DNA of 44,404 nucleotides from a virus (Duplodnaviria; Heunggongvirae; Uroviricota; Caudoviricetes): IMG/VR virus record IMGVR_UViG_2874951433_000009; one strand, 5' to 3'. Shown piece by piece: positions 42,832 to 44,404 of this stretch (position 1 is its first letter; each line of letters starts with the position of its first letter). The notes under the pieces were generated by a model. It saw only the letters and a program-made list of their open reading frames with translations, ran no database searches and was not told where the DNA came from. The position numbers and the translations under genes were made by a program.

Positions 42832-43119
42832 ATGGATGAAGAATATCGTAAAGACCTGCAACTGTGGTTTGGTCTTACGCATGCGTCGTTCTGCGTGATG
42901 CCGCGAGTATTCATGGAGGCTATGCCTCCAGAATGGCAAGAGAAGATGGCTCAGTTGCTTTTTGAGTATAGCGACACGATCAAAACGGATGTCTGCGGAG
43001 TTCACAGCTGTTTTGTTACTGCCAAAGACGGCAACAACCGCTTTATGAGGATGCCAGAAGATATTCTGAACTATCGTCATCCTCGACGTGAATTCATCGA
43101 ATCATTTCTGAAGAAGTAG
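42832..43119 (+). CDS. Hypothetical lambdoid late-region protein, about 95 aa
   Basis: Start chosen at MDEEYRK (RBS-like aaagg upstream); the longer annotated ORF would overlap the Rz 3' end. Confidence 0.45.
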   Translation: MDEEYRKDLQLWFGLTHASFCVMPRVFMEAMPPEWQEKMAQLLFEYSDTIKTDVCGVHSCFVTAKDGNNRFMRMPEDILNYRHPRREFIESFLKK

Positions 43120-43175
43120 CCATTACAAAGCCTATCTACGGGTGGGTTTGATAATGGCTTATACTGGATTTGCCC

Positions 43176-44081
43176 CTATATTTCCAGACATCTGTTATCA
43201 CTTAACCCATTACAAGCCCGCTGCCGCAGATATTCCCGTGGCGAGCGATAACCCAGCGCACTATGCGGATGCCATTCGTTATAATGCTCGAACGCCTCTG
43301 CAAGGTTCTTTGCTGCCGTTAACCCGTCTGGTTTGGGCATGATACTGATGTAGTCACGCTTTATCGTTTTCACGAAGCTCTCTGCTATTCCGTTACTCTC
43401 CGGACTCCGCACCGCCGTGTTCTTCGGTTCAAGTCCCAACATCCGGGCGAACTGGCGTGTTTCATTAGCCCGGTAGCATGAACCATTAGCCGTCAGCCAC
43501 TCCACTGGAGACGACGGAAGATCGTTGCCGAAGCGGCGTTCCACCGCTCCCAGCATGACATCCTGTACTGTTTCACTGTTGAAGCCGCCGGTAGTCACCG
43601 CCCAGTGCAGTGCCTCACGATCACAGCAGTCCAGCGCGAACGTGACACGCAGTCTCTCTCCGTTATCACAGCAGAACTCGAACCCGTCAGAGCACCATCG
43701 CTGATTGCTTTCTTTCACGGCCACTCTGCCTGTATGTGCCCGTTTCGATGGCGGTACAGCAGGTTTTCGCTCAAGCAACAGCGCATTCTGGCGCATGAGC
43801 CGGTAAACACGTTTGGCATTGATCGCAGGCATACCATCAAGTTCTGCCTGTCTGCGAAGCAGCGCCCATACCCGACGATAACCATACGTGGGCAGCTCTC
43901 CGATAACATGGTGTATACGGAGAAGCACATCCGTATCATCAGTGTGACGACTGCGGCGGCCATCCATCCAGTCATCGGTTCGTCTGAGAATGACGTGCAA
44001 CTGCGCACGCGACACCCGGAGACAACGGCTGACTAAGCTTACTCCCCATCCCCGGGCAATAAGGGCGCGTGCGCTATCCAC
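43176..44081 (-). CDS. insD: IS2 InsD (OrfB, DDE transposase), 301 aa
   Basis: [46 protein letters not shown]... recognised as IS2 InsD. Confidence 0.9.
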
Positions 44082-44404
44082 TTTTTTGCCCGTCCATATT
44101 CAACGGCTTCTTTGAGGAGTTCATTTTCCATCGTTTTCTTGCCGAGCAGGCGCTGGAGTTCTTTAATCTGCTTCATGGCGGCAGCAAGTTCAGAGGCAGG
44201 AACAACCTGTTCTCCGGCGGCCACAGCAGTAAGACTTCCTTCCTGGTATTGCTTACGCCAGAGAAATAACTGGCTGGCTGCTACACCATGTTGCCGGGCA
44301 ACGAGGGAGACCGTCATCCCCGGTTCAAAGCTCTGCTGAACAATTGCGATCTTTTCCTGTGTGGTACGCCGTCTGCGTTTCTCCGGCCCTAAGACATCAA
44401 TCAT
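44039..44404 (-). CDS. insC: IS2 InsC (OrfA), 121 aa
   Basis: [56 protein letters not shown]... recognised as IS2 InsC. Confidence 0.9.

Larger units (their letters stand above)
43165..44404 (-). mobile_element. IS2 (IS3 family), partial in window; left end beyond 44404
   Basis: Right terminus tggatttgcccctatatttccagacatctgttatcacttaaccc at about 43165; insC and insD recognised; insC start codon is the last 3 nt of the window. Confidence 0.85.

Noticed and set aside
42601-43119. 172-codon ORF beginning inside the Rz 3' end
   Set aside because: The N-terminal 77 codons overlap Rz/Rz1 and have no RBS; the likely gene starts at the internal Met at 42832.

Overview
This window looks like a Shigella-type chromosomal prophage graveyard (most likely S. 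flexneri, judged from the IS600/IS629/IS911/IS2 combination; all identifications are from reading the translations, not from database searches). Four blocks are joined at IS elements. (1) 1-5586: an inverted 3' fragment of a tyrosine integrase, a complete IS600, an intact P22/SfV-family integrase, a 46-nt tRNA-Thr(CGU) 3' copy (att core) and an intact gtrA-gtrB-gtr(type) O-antigen glucosylation operon. (2) 5709-21818, minus strand: an apparently intact SfV-like structural module (HK97-type head, Mu-type contractile tail, tail fibre and assembly protein) whose large terminase is cut to a C-terminal stub by IS600. (3) 24039-36710, minus strand: a P22/Sf6-like podovirus head and ejection module (portal, scaffold, coat, gp4/gp10/needle, gp14/gp7/gp20/gp16) with terL cut at the N-terminus by IS911 and the last ejection protein cut at the C-terminus by an IS600 fragment; no tailspike. 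(4) 37960-43119, plus strand: four uncharacterised genes, a 750-bp structured ORF-poor region, then a phage-21/Qin-type lysis cassette (pinholin, small DUF protein, SAR endolysin, Rz with an early stop, Rz1), ending at a partial IS2. I could not confidently identify a new system; the best candidates for something undescribed are the unknown operon at 37960-40271 and the structured region at 40272-41025 that sits where a Q antiterminator and late promoter would normally be.
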